Positions 34,916 through 43,919 of a DNA stretch of 64,000 nt are shown piece by piece. This DNA comes from Bacillota bacterium. Lineage in GTDB: Bacteria; Bacillota; Clostridia; Christensenellales; SZUA-584. Both the position numbers and the translations under genes were made by a program. The notes beneath the pieces are model-generated. The model had not been told where the DNA came from. It made no database searches and worked only from the letters and a program-made list of their open reading frames with translations. The DNA lies in NCBI GenBank assembly GCA_023399095.1, contig JAEWQS010000006.1:4550-68549 (forward strand). Direction: 5' to 3'. The stretch's first letter is position 1, and each line of letters starts with the position of its first letter.

Positions 34916-36940
34916 ATGATTAATTTGCAGATTAACGGCCGCTCGGTGACGGTACCCGAGGACTACACAATCATGGAAGCAGCTAAAACTGTGGGAATTA
35001 AAATTCCCGGGCTTTGCCAAATGGACGGTGTACACCAGTTTGGCTCCTGCCGCATTTGTGTTGTGGAGGTCAAAGGCGCGAAAACACTGCAGGCGTCATG
35101 CCTGGCAAAGGTCGCCGAAGGCATGATTGTGGATACAAATACGGCAAAGGTGAGAAACGCACGGCGCGTGCTCTATGAGCTGCTGCTTTCCGATCATGAT
35201 AAGGACTGCTTAAGCTGTACGAGAAACCAGAGCTGTGAGCTTCAGGAGCTTGGAAAAGTTCTCGGTGTGAGCGAATCGCGCTTCGACGGCGAACACTCGG
35301 AATTTAATCTTGACTCCTCCGTATCCATTACACGCAATATGTCAAAATGCGTGCTGTGTAGGCGCTGCGTCACTGTCTGCAACGAGATTCAGGGAACAGG
35401 AATACTCAACGCGCAGAATCGCGGGTTCCAGACTGTGATTGGCCCAGCGATGGATTTAAAGCTGGGCACCGTCAACTGCGTATTCTGCGGACAGTGTACG
35501 GTGGTTTGTCCGGTGGGTGCGCTCAAGGAAACCGATGCCATACAGCCTGTTTGGAAAGCACTCAGCGACGAGAAAAAAAGATGTGTGGTGCAGGTGGCTC
35601 CTGCAATTCGTGTGGCGATTGGTGAAGAGTTTGGGTATGAACCCGGCGCGCGCGTAACAGGCAAGCTTGCGCAGGCGCTTTCCACGCTGGGGTTCGATGA
35701 CATTTTCGATACGAATTTCACCGCTGACCTTACGATTATGGAGGAAGGCACCGAATTTTTGACACGTGTGAAAAAAGCGTTGACGGGAGGCGAAGCCATG
35801 CTGCCGATGATTACATCGTGCAGCCCGGGCTGGATCAAATATATCGAGCATTCATATCCTGACCTTCTCCCCCATCTGTCAACGTGCAAATCGCCGCATA
35901 CCATGCTGGGTGCGTTGGTCAAATCGTTCTATGCTGAAAAGATCGGCTGCGATCCAAAAGACATGTACGTGGTGTCGGTGATGCCGTGTACCGCCAAGAA
36001 GTTTGAGATCAGCCGTCATGAGATGTGCAATAATGACGTTCCCAATGTGGATGCGGTGCTCACAACAAGAGAGCTTGGGCAAATGGTACGTGAAGCCGGT
36101 ATCGACTTTACTTTGCTGGAAGATCGTGAGTTTGATAATCCGCTTGGCATGTCGACAGGCGCTGCTGATATTTTCGGCGTCACAGGGGGCGTCATGGAAG
36201 CTGCGCTGCGTACCGTATATGAGCTTGTTACAGGGCGCGAACTGCCGTTTGACAAGCTGCATGTCGCACCGATTGTAGGCTTGGAACAAATAAAAACAGC
36301 TGAGATCAAGATTGAAGATACACTGCCGGATTATAAATTCCTGGAAGGCGTTGTCGTGAAGGTGGCTGTGACGAGCGGCCTTTCAGGCGCGAAGATACTC
36401 ATGGATCAAATTAAAAATGGAGAATCACCTTACCACTTTATTGAGGTGATGGGCTGCCCCAATGGATGCATTATGGGCGGCGGACAACCGAGATCCAAAG
36501 ATCCGGATGTAAGGACAAAACGTTTTCAGGGTATTTATGACGAAGATGAAGCCAAGGTCATGCGCAAATCGCATGAGAATCCTTCTGTCAAAAAGCTTTA
36601 TGAAGAGTATCTGGAATTCCCAAACAGCCATGTGTCACACAAACTGCTGCATACGCATTATGTCAAACGCGGACGGTTTAATGAGTTCCTGGAGGACGAA
36701 TATGTGAATGAAGAGGTGATTCCTATGGCGGAAAAGAACAAAGCATCTGCCAAGCAGACGCAAAAAAAAACGGCTCAGGAGCGCGCATCCAGACGGGTTC
36801 ATGAGGACTTAGAGTCGGTCAAAGTCATGTCCTTGGAGGCTGAGGTAACCCGGCTCAAACAGGAATTATCCGATTCTCAGGAAACTGTCGAGATATTAAA
36901 AGATGTGATGAGCGATTACGCTAAAAAGCCCAAAAGATAA
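34916..36940 (+). CDS. hydA: [FeFe]-hydrogenase large-subunit-like protein (M3-type F-cluster N-terminus) with variant P1 motif TSCSPGW and an ~88-aa C-terminal coiled-coil extension
   Basis: N-terminal plant-type 2Fe-2S (CQMDG...GSCRICVVEV), His-ligated 4Fe-4S and 2x CxxCxxCxxxCP. H-cluster motifs are P2 VMPCTAKKFE and P3 EVMGCPNGCIMGGGQP. P1 reads TSCSPGW, whereas the canonical motif is TSCCPxW. Confidence 0.85.
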   Translation: MINLQINGRSVTVPEDYTIMEAAKTVGIKIPGLCQMDGVHQFGSCRICVVEVKGAKTLQASCLAKVAEGMIVDTNTAKVRNARRVLYELLLSDHDKDCLSCTRNQSCELQELGKVLGVSESRFDGEHSEFNLDSSVSITRNMSKCVLCRRCVTVCNEIQGTGILNAQNRGFQTVIGPAMDLKLGTVNCVFCGQCTVVCPVGALKETDAIQPVWKALSDEKKRCVVQVAPAIRVAIGEEFGYEPGARVTGKLAQALSTLGFDDIFDTNFTADLTIMEEGTEFLTRVKKALTGGEAMLPMITSCSPGWIKYIEHSYPDLLPHLSTCKSPHTMLGALVKSFYAEKIGCDPKDMYVVSVMPCTAKKFEISRHEMCNNDVPNVDAVLTTRELGQMVREAGIDFTLLEDREFDNPLGMSTGAADIFGVTGGVMEAALRTVYELVTGRELPFDKLHVAPIVGLEQIKTAEIKIEDTLPDYKFLEGVVVKVAVTSGLSGAKILMDQIKNGESPYHFIEVMGCPNGCIMGGGQPRSKDPDVRTKRFQGIYDEDEAKVMRKSHENPSVKKLYEEYLEFPNSHVSHKLLHTHYVKRGRFNEFLEDEYVNEEVIPMAEKNKASAKQTQKKTAQERASRRVHEDLESVKVMSLEAEVTRLKQELSDSQETVEILKDVMSDYAKKPKR

Positions 36941-36960
36941 ATCAAACAACCATTTTCTCA

Positions 36961-36990
36961 AAAAGCCGGTTATGTGCCGGCTTTTACTTT
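36961..36990 (+). terminator. Rho-independent terminator after the hydrogenase operon
   Basis: Stem AAAAGCCGG/CCGGCTTTT with a 7-nt loop and a T-rich tail. It overlaps the 3' end of the convergent gerA-family gene. Confidence 0.6.
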
Positions 36991-38450
36991 TCATTTTTTT
37001 CGTTTTGTATCGGCGCTCGCGTATTGTCCTTGTTTCTTAAATATGCGGGGCGATGTGGGGCGATAGACTTGCTGTACACAATTGATTTGAGAAAATCTCG
37101 CATGTTAAATGGTGCAGCAGGCGCCATATATGGCACGCCGAACGTGTTAATGGATACAAGATGTGAAATAATAAGGACAACGACGAGAGTAAATCCATAA
37201 AAGCCAAATGTACCTGATGCGATGATTAACAAGAATTTTAAAATGCGAAACGGATTAACAATCATGTAGTCAGACGGTACGAAAGACGCGATAAGGGACA
37301 TCGAAATAACGATTAACAGCAGCGGGCTGAATACTCCCGCTGAAACCGCAGCTTGACCGATAATAATTGCCCCGACGATACCTATAGCAGTACCGATTTT
37401 GGTGGGTACTCGAATCAACGATTCTCTGATCAGTTCGCCGATTGTTTCAATAAGCAGCACTTCAATCAGCGCATTGAACGGCACCTTTGCCCGGCTTTCA
37501 GCTATAGCGATCATGTAGGTTCCGGGCAACACATCGTTGTGGAAGGATACAATTGCCACGTAAATAGAGGAAACAGCAAAAGAGATGTTGAGAGAAATGA
37601 CCCGTAGAATCCTCATGAATGTGCCAAAGTATTTATTGGCATAAAAATCATCGCATGACCATATATATTCGCTGAACACCTTTGGCGCGACAAGCGCCCA
37701 TGGACTGCCATCCATGATAATGACAACCTTGCCTTCTAAAATAGCTCCGCATGCCATATCCGAGCGCTCAATAATTCCCATCTGAGGGAAAATGCTTCTC
37801 TGATTGTTAAGCAGATACGATTCTAGTTCGCCCGAGGAAACAAGCCCGTCAACATCAACTTTTGATATTCTTTTCTTGATTTCGGTTATACAAGTATTGT
37901 TGGCGACATCTTCAAGATAAAGAATCGCAATACTTGTTTTTGTTCTCCTGCCCACTTTCATGCTTTCAACACGCAAATTCTCGTCCTTTATTCGGTACCT
38001 AACAAGCGAGAGATTGGTATCAAGATTTTCAATGAATGCGTCTCTTGGCCCTCTTATCGTGTAGGTAAACTCAGGAACAGGGATAGCACGTTTCTCAACT
38101 TTTTTAATATCCATGACCAGGTATTGGTTATCAGAGGAGAATAAAGCGACTGTCATGCCGCTCAATATGTATTGCTCAATTTTCGCTTTATCTGAATCCA
38201 GCGTGCATTGGCTGGCGCTGACAATATTCGCCGCATCGGCGGCTTTCACATTCGTCTGCCCATTAGTTGCTGCAAGTGGCTTTATGACATACTCTGATAT
38301 TCCCGTTAGATCGGTGAGTTCTTTAATATAAAACAAAGAGATAGATTCAGATTTTAACGAGATCGTTCGTTGTACAACATCCATGTTCTTTTCTCTGATT
38401 GCGCTGATTATGTTCTCATATCTTATGTTCTGATTGTTCTGCCTCTGCAT
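36984..38450 (-). CDS. Spore germination protein, GerA family A subunit
   Basis: 488 aa with the typical soluble N-domain and a C-terminal 5-TM region (PLLLIVISMSLIASF...). Last gene of a B-C-A operon. Confidence 0.85.
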   Translation of the reverse strand: MQRQNNQNIRYENIISAIREKNMDVVQRTISLKSESISLFYIKELTDLTGISEYVIKPLAATNGQTNVKAADAANIVSASQCTLDSDKAKIEQYILSGMTVALFSSDNQYLVMDIKKVEKRAIPVPEFTYTIRGPRDAFIENLDTNLSLVRYRIKDENLRVESMKVGRRTKTSIAILYLEDVANNTCITEIKKRISKVDVDGLVSSGELESYLLNNQRSIFPQMGIIERSDMACGAILEGKVVIIMDGSPWALVAPKVFSEYIWSCDDFYANKYFGTFMRILRVISLNISFAVSSIYVAIVSFHNDVLPGTYMIAIAESRAKVPFNALIEVLLIETIGELIRESLIRVPTKIGTAIGIVGAIIIGQAAVSAGVFSPLLLIVISMSLIASFVPSDYMIVNPFRILKFLLIIASGTFGFYGFTLVVVLIISHLVSINTFGVPYMAPAAPFNMRDFLKSIVYSKSIAPHRPAYLRNKDNTRAPIQNEKNEK

Positions 38451-38460
38451 TAATTCTCCT

Positions 38461-39600
38461 CTATTTAGCGAGTTTCTGGCCCATTGTTTCGAAATCCATC
38501 ATGTTCCCCATCAAAAGATTGGACTCGGCCGATACTGTGAAACTTGCATTCAAATAAGTATCTTTCCAATTGATATTTTTCAGCACATTCGGATATTTAA
38601 TGCGAAAATGTTCTTTAAACTGTAGATAGTCGCACTGCACTTCTTTTGAATGCATGAGAGCTTGTGATATATCCCCCAATATCGCATTCAGCAGGTTTTG
38701 CGTCACGTCTTTTTGAATGTGTTCATCAAACTTGGTATTCTTGCTAAGATACATAACCTTGGATTCAAACTTAAATTTTAAATCAAACTTCAATTTCCCA
38801 TTTTCGTAAGTTGGTTTATACTTTTTAATTTTTAGAGTTACCTCTATTGTTGCTTCACTGTCATCAAACGGAATCACATACAAACGTTTTATGTTATCTC
38901 CTAAAATCCAGACAAGACCTCTTGACTGTTCTACAGGGATAAAATCTATAAGTTTGTTTTCATGAAAAACGGTAAAACCGTTGTATGTAAGTACACCATC
39001 TTCAACATCCAAATTGGGTAGCACAAAGCATGTATTGCTGTAGATAAACTCAAGCAAGTCCGAAACCGTGTATACGTGTATCTTCTCCAACGCCTTTAGA
39101 CTCTTGATAGTGTCATCAATGGATTCTCCAATGGACACATTATTTGGCGGCTGAACAGCTAGAATATCTTCTGGGCTCGAAAAGGATGTCACAACATTGA
39201 GCGTTTTTCTGTACTGCACATCCGATTGCATACGCAGCATATACTCCTCTATGCCAGCCTTTCCGAGATCGTCAGTAATTACAAGCGCTTTTACAGTACC
39301 TAAAAAAATAGGATTGTCTGTTTTTGCATTTAAATGCCTCCTTGCGTCCGCAAAAGTTGTACCCTTAGCATATATCATTTGGTAGCTTTTTTTACTTGCA
39401 TAGTCTCCAATACCTGGCTGATTCTGTCCTTGGCCTAAATTCGGGGATTCTATATAAAAAGCAAAATCATCATCCTGTTTATCTGAAATAACAGTGACAA
39501 CCAGCGTTTTGTTATTGACATCCATTGAATCCCAGCATCCCGATCCCACAAATAAAAAGCCAATTATTAAGAAGATACACGATGCTATTTTAAGACGCAT
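38461..39600 (-). CDS. Ger(x)C family germination lipoprotein
   Basis: Lipobox FVGSGCWD, with size and pattern typical of GerAC-type proteins. It overlaps the upstream B subunit by 11 nt. Confidence 0.8.
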   Translation of the reverse strand: MRLKIASCIFLIIGFLFVGSGCWDSMDVNNKTLVVTVISDKQDDDFAFYIESPNLGQGQNQPGIGDYASKKSYQMIYAKGTTFADARRHLNAKTDNPIFLGTVKALVITDDLGKAGIEEYMLRMQSDVQYRKTLNVVTSFSSPEDILAVQPPNNVSIGESIDDTIKSLKALEKIHVYTVSDLLEFIYSNTCFVLPNLDVEDGVLTYNGFTVFHENKLIDFIPVEQSRGLVWILGDNIKRLYVIPFDDSEATIEVTLKIKKYKPTYENGKLKFDLKFKFESKVMYLSKNTKFDEHIQKDVTQNLLNAILGDISQALMHSKEVQCDYLQFKEHFRIKYPNVLKNINWKDTYLNASFTVSAESNLLMGNMMDFETMGQKLAK

Positions 39601-40699
39601 TTCTTTTGCCTTTCTTTTGAACTTTTCTTATTTTTGCCAGAAACAATAGGCATACCGGAATCACAAAGCAGGTCATAAGACCTAAATATGTACCAATATC
39701 CTCAACGAATTGTTCATATTTGGCCAAGTCTTTCACAAGGAAGAATATGATGTAAGTTATAATCCCAATAATTGTTATAATCATTGACTTTTTAATGTTA
39801 TTAAAAATACGACTTAAATACTCTGCGATAACAGCAATAACAATGGAGAAACCCACAAAAAGAGCGCTAAAACCGATTGTCAGATATAAAATGTCCATCC
39901 TTGTGAAAATTACTATCTTTTCAGGAGAAGTATCGCGAATAGCCACAATCAGAGCATCTTTGAAATTAACAATATCATTGAGTCCAACCTTCATTATGCA
40001 GCTTTCGACCAAAAAGATATAAAACAAACCGATAAACATAATTGTTAGAAATGCTGTTCTTTTTGCTTTTTTGCCGTTTTTTTTGGTTAGTGGAATAGCC
40101 AGCAGCAACTCGATTCCTAAAAAAGGAAATATTGAGTATTTAAAAGCTTCGACATAGTTTTTAATTTCAGCTGCATTAAAAAAAGGCTGTATGCGACTAA
40201 TCTTCCCTTGAGATACCATAATTAAATGCACAAAAATAGCAGTAATAATAAAAACAACGCCGATGAGCTCTGCCAATCGGCTGACGTTTGTGATTCCTTT
40301 ATTGGCAATAAAGCAGAAAACAGGTATGCCTATAAGAGGGAAAGACCAAAGCGGCGTCTGCGGAAAAAAATCCGCCTTAAGAAGGCGGGCGTTCATTGTG
40401 ACTAAATAAACGACAATGAAAAAAAAGTACATTACATAAAAAATAACAACGATGTATGTTGCTGGTTTACCAATGATTTGAGGCGCATATTCAAACAACA
40501 TCTTTCCCTGAAACATGCTGTTAAGACTAACTATAATCACAGCGGCCACGCCGAAAATGAGCGCCGTTAATATAAGTGTTATCCAATTTCCCGTTCCTGC
40601 GCTCTCAGCCATCACTTTAGGTATCACAATGACGCTGTAGCATGTCAACGTGATAATGAGAACCATGACCATCTGCCTGTTCGTTATGCTGTTCATCAA
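39590..40699 (-). CDS. Spore germination permease, GerAB/APC-superfamily B subunit
   Basis: 369 aa, about 10 TM helices, N-terminal ITNRQM motif typical of GerXB proteins. Confidence 0.8.
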   Translation of the reverse strand: MMNSITNRQMVMVLIITLTCYSVIVIPKVMAESAGTGNWITLILTALIFGVAAVIIVSLNSMFQGKMLFEYAPQIIGKPATYIVVIFYVMYFFFIVVYLVTMNARLLKADFFPQTPLWSFPLIGIPVFCFIANKGITNVSRLAELIGVVFIITAIFVHLIMVSQGKISRIQPFFNAAEIKNYVEAFKYSIFPFLGIELLLAIPLTKKNGKKAKRTAFLTIMFIGLFYIFLVESCIMKVGLNDIVNFKDALIVAIRDTSPEKIVIFTRMDILYLTIGFSALFVGFSIVIAVIAEYLSRIFNNIKKSMIITIIGIITYIIFFLVKDLAKYEQFVEDIGTYLGLMTCFVIPVCLLFLAKIRKVQKKGKRNAS

Positions 40700-40807
40700 A
40701 CGTCACCCAAACTCTATTCTTAGGAATTAGTATTGGCTTTGAGATGGCATTTGATGCAATGGCTAATTTGACGAGAGCATAATGGAAAGGCATGGCAACA
40801 TAAAATT

Positions 40808-40847
40808 AAAAAAGGCCTTGCTCAATCATAAAATGACCAAGCAAGGC
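40808..40847 (-). terminator. Rho-independent terminator candidate
   Basis: 8-bp stem GCCTTGCT/AGCAAGGC followed by a T-run on the minus strand, downstream of the methyltransferase gene. Confidence 0.5.
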
Positions 40848-40864
40848 ATATGTGTAAATATTAA

Positions 40865-41476
40865 TTAAACGATAAACGGAATGAATCTTTTTGAGTTTTT
40901 CATATAATCACGATATTCATCCCCGAATTCTTCCAGCATGTCTTTCTCCTCGCGCTTGGCGAGCCGCACGTACATGAAAACCATGACCGGAAACAGAATC
41001 AGCAGCGGCAGCGTGGCCCATTCAATCAACATGCCCAGAGAGAGCAACATTAATCCGGTATATTGCGGATGGCGTATGTATCTGTAGATACCTGATCTAA
41101 CCAGCAGGCCGGATCCCTTTTCTTTAGACCAATAATGCTTATAAATATGATACCAGCCATTTATGATGAGAATCAAAGCAATGACAGCACAACCGATATT
41201 GATATACATGCCAAGATGCCCGACGGAATCGAACAATGTGTGTCCCCATAGCACGCCTTCCGGAAGAGTTTTGCCTAATATCCATGAGATAATGTACATG
41301 CTGAAGGGTATTCCGTGCATTTCAATTGCAAAAGCGATGACGAATGCGATATAAGTGCCGATGGGCTTTTTATCCATCTTCCTGTAAAACGGGATAAAGA
41401 TAAGAACAATACTATAGACAACAATGAAGAAGATGACTCCGAACCAGTTTAAAAAGTGACTTTCCGTGGTTTCCAT
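40865..41476 (-). CDS. Isoprenylcysteine carboxyl methyltransferase (ICMT/PEMT) family membrane protein
   Basis: Multi-TM protein with the C-terminal motif GIYRYIRHPQY.G......G.......L and EE..L...FG.EY..Y. Confidence 0.7.
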   Translation of the reverse strand: METTESHFLNWFGVIFFIVVYSIVLIFIPFYRKMDKKPIGTYIAFVIAFAIEMHGIPFSMYIISWILGKTLPEGVLWGHTLFDSVGHLGMYINIGCAVIALILIINGWYHIYKHYWSKEKGSGLLVRSGIYRYIRHPQYTGLMLLSLGMLIEWATLPLLILFPVMVFMYVRLAKREEKDMLEEFGDEYRDYMKNSKRFIPFIV

Positions 41477-41576
41477 TAGACTACACCTCACATGATAATA
41501 TTTGCAGTACGAATTCGTGCCTGCTGAGGTTAATATATCAGTGCAGTCTTAAACCACGATCATTCCAATCTTAAGT

Positions 41577-42980
41577 TTACCTTAAACTTTTTAGCGTGAT
41601 GATAAACGAACATCCATTGTTGTTATTTTCGAGGCGAATGCTGCCGCCGTGCGCGGCAACGATCTTATTCACAATAGCCAAACCAAGGCCGGTTCCTTGT
41701 GTGCTTCTTGCGGCATCCCCCCTGACAAACGGATCAAAAATGTGATCGGTGAGATTGTCAGGTATGCCGCCCCCATTATCGCTATATGATATTTGGATTT
41801 CATCATTTTGTTTTGATAAATAGATAACAATATGTGTGCCCTTGGGCGTGTGCTGCAATGTGTTAGCCGTGAGGTTTTGTATCATTCGCTGCATATGTGT
41901 CATGTCAATATCAGCAAAAATTTCTTCTTCGGGAATATGGACTTCGTACGTATATCCTGACTGCTCGAGCTGAGGGACAATCTCTCCGATCTGCTGGCGC
42001 AAAAACTCGCATACATCTATATGTGAAATTTGAAGCTTGAAATCAGGGCTATCCATCTTAGAAAGCTCGAACATATCAATAATCAGATTGTTTGCTCTCA
42101 AGCTGTTCTGATATATTGTTTGCAAAAAGGCCCGCTGCTGCTCGTCGTTTATATTATTGTCGCGAATCAAAAGCTCAGCATATCCCATCGTGTTGGCAAG
42201 CGGCGTTTTTAGATCGTGTGAGATATCCGCGATAAGCTTCTTGCGGTTGTTTTCGGACTGCTCTTTCATCGCTGTTTCTTCTTCAATCTGCTCGGCCATA
42301 TCGTTGAAAGCGTCTTGGATGTCTTTGAATTCATTTTTTAGCTTAAAGTCAACACGTGTGGAATAATTGCCGTTGCGGAAAAGCTGTACACTCTCGCTTA
42401 GTTGACGCAAAGGCTTGATTATGCCAATGGATGATAATTTGGAATAAACAAAGGTGACGATGGTAAGCATCAACAAATAAAATAGCACAACGGCAACTAT
42501 CGCGGTCGTTACCCCTTCTGAATCCTTGGAAGCATATTCTGTGTTATGCGCGATCGCTATATCGATGCGGACTGATGTCGGAAACGTGATAACCAACCAA
42601 AAGTTTTTGTTTTCGTTATATGCGATGTTATAACTGTACGGAATGCCGATGCGCTGACTTTCTGTGAGTAATTCAGTAAGCTCCGACATCGTTAATTGTT
42701 CTTGGTCAATCGTATCTATACCTTCTGAAAGCACGATGTTCCCCTTTTGATCAATCACCTGAGCGCCGCCACCGTTCTCTATGACGGGGGTAAAGTTAAT
42801 ACTCTCATAGTCGTCCTGCATAAGACTTTGCGCCGTAAAACTATTTTTTTTCAGCGTCATCTCAAGAACATTGCCCGCGAACGATAGCAGAAAGAACGCA
42901 CATAAAGAAAGAATGGCGGAGATGATAAACATGAGAAAATAGTTTGCCAAAAACTGATTGGAGATTTTTCTTTTCATCAT
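41577..42980 (-). CDS. Sensor histidine kinase (2 TM, HAMP, HisKA, HATPase_c)
   Basis: H-box ISHDLKTPL, N-box QNLTANTLQH, G-boxes DNGGGI and GTGLGLAI. Confidence 0.88.
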   Translation of the reverse strand: MMKRKISNQFLANYFLMFIISAILSLCAFFLLSFAGNVLEMTLKKNSFTAQSLMQDDYESINFTPVIENGGGAQVIDQKGNIVLSEGIDTIDQEQLTMSELTELLTESQRIGIPYSYNIAYNENKNFWLVITFPTSVRIDIAIAHNTEYASKDSEGVTTAIVAVVLFYLLMLTIVTFVYSKLSSIGIIKPLRQLSESVQLFRNGNYSTRVDFKLKNEFKDIQDAFNDMAEQIEEETAMKEQSENNRKKLIADISHDLKTPLANTMGYAELLIRDNNINDEQQRAFLQTIYQNSLRANNLIIDMFELSKMDSPDFKLQISHIDVCEFLRQQIGEIVPQLEQSGYTYEVHIPEEEIFADIDMTHMQRMIQNLTANTLQHTPKGTHIVIYLSKQNDEIQISYSDNGGGIPDNLTDHIFDPFVRGDAARSTQGTGLGLAIVNKIVAAHGGSIRLENNNNGCSFIITLKSLR

Positions 42981-43669
42981 CGCTCTCCATCATATTGGAA
43001 CTTATATCCGATACCTCGTATGGTTTTAATGTATTGTGGTTTATTGGGATAAATTTCTATTTTATTTCTCAGGCGGCTGATATGCACCATGATGGTATTG
43101 TCGTCAAAGAAGATATCTTCGTCCCAGACAGCACTATAAAGCTGTTTTTTAGTAAACACGCGCCCCGGACTTTCCATTAATACCTTGATAAGCTTGTATT
43201 CTTTTGCGCCGAGCTCGACAAGCTTTCCATCCAATAGTAAACTGCAGCTTTCCGTGTCCAGCATTAAGCGGCCATAATCAAGACGACTATTATTCTGTGA
43301 GCCATAAATGTGGCTGCGCCTTAATACAGCGCCAACCCTTGCGATCAATTCTGCCATATTAAATGGCTTTACAATGTAATCGTCTGCGCCTAGCCCCAGA
43401 CCAAGCACTTTATCCATGTCTTCACCACGGGCAGTCAGAAATATCACAGGCGTGTGATTGCTTGTTTCACGGAGCTTTCTTAAAAGATTAAAGCCATCGA
43501 GATATGGCATCATCACGTCAAATATGGCAAGATGAAACGGCTGCGCTTTAGCCCGTTCTAACGCTTGCAGTCCGTCGCTTGCTGTTTCGCAGGTGTAGCC
43601 TTCCTTTTCAAGCTGAAATGCAATAAGATTTTGCAGGTCTTTATCATCCTCAGCAATCAATATATCCAT
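42977..43669 (-). CDS. OmpR family response regulator (canonical receiver)
   Basis: ILIAEDD, AIFDVMMP (phospho-Asp), FLTARG, DDYIVKPF and a winged-helix C-terminus. 4-nt overlap with the kinase gene. Confidence 0.9.
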   Translation of the reverse strand: MDILIAEDDKDLQNLIAFQLEKEGYTCETASDGLQALERAKAQPFHLAIFDVMMPYLDGFNLLRKLRETSNHTPVIFLTARGEDMDKVLGLGLGADDYIVKPFNMAELIARVGAVLRRSHIYGSQNNSRLDYGRLMLDTESCSLLLDGKLVELGAKEYKLIKVLMESPGRVFTKKQLYSAVWDEDIFFDDNTIMVHISRLRNKIEIYPNKPQYIKTIRGIGYKFQYDGER

Positions 43670-43732
43670 ATATCCTCCAGTTAATGACAAATCTAATAAT
43701 TATATTATAGCACAAAATGTCTTTAAGATGGA

Positions 43733-43761
43733 TAAAAAAGCATCCGCGACGTGGCGAATGC
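43733..43761 (-). terminator. Rho-independent terminator (minus strand)
   Basis: Stem GCATTCGC/GCGGATGC with a 6-nt loop, followed by TTTTTT on the minus strand. Confidence 0.6.
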
Positions 43762-43769
43762 TACTGTGG

Positions 43770-43919
43770 TTATTTTTTTTTGTTTACCCCGAAAACGGCT
43801 CTGGCGCTTTCGGCTTGTGGATCATGCTTGATCTTTTTTGATCTGAACGTGCCGTCGTCCTTCTTGCCGTTACGTGTGCTTTTCATTTTGTTGCTTTTTC
43901 CCATTGAGTACACCTTCAT
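43770..43919 (-). CDS. Small highly basic ORF (44-49 aa), not in the ORF track
   Basis: The minus strand gives M(KVYSM)GKSNKMKSTRNGKKDDGTFRSKKIKHDPQAESARAVFGVNKKK. The ATG at 43919 abuts the stop of the upstream small ORF (TGAATG). The alternative ATG at 43904 has GAAGGTG upstream. A terminator follows directly. Confidence 0.3.
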   Translation of the reverse strand: MKVYSMGKSNKMKSTRNGKKDDGTFRSKKIKHDPQAESARAVFGVNKKK

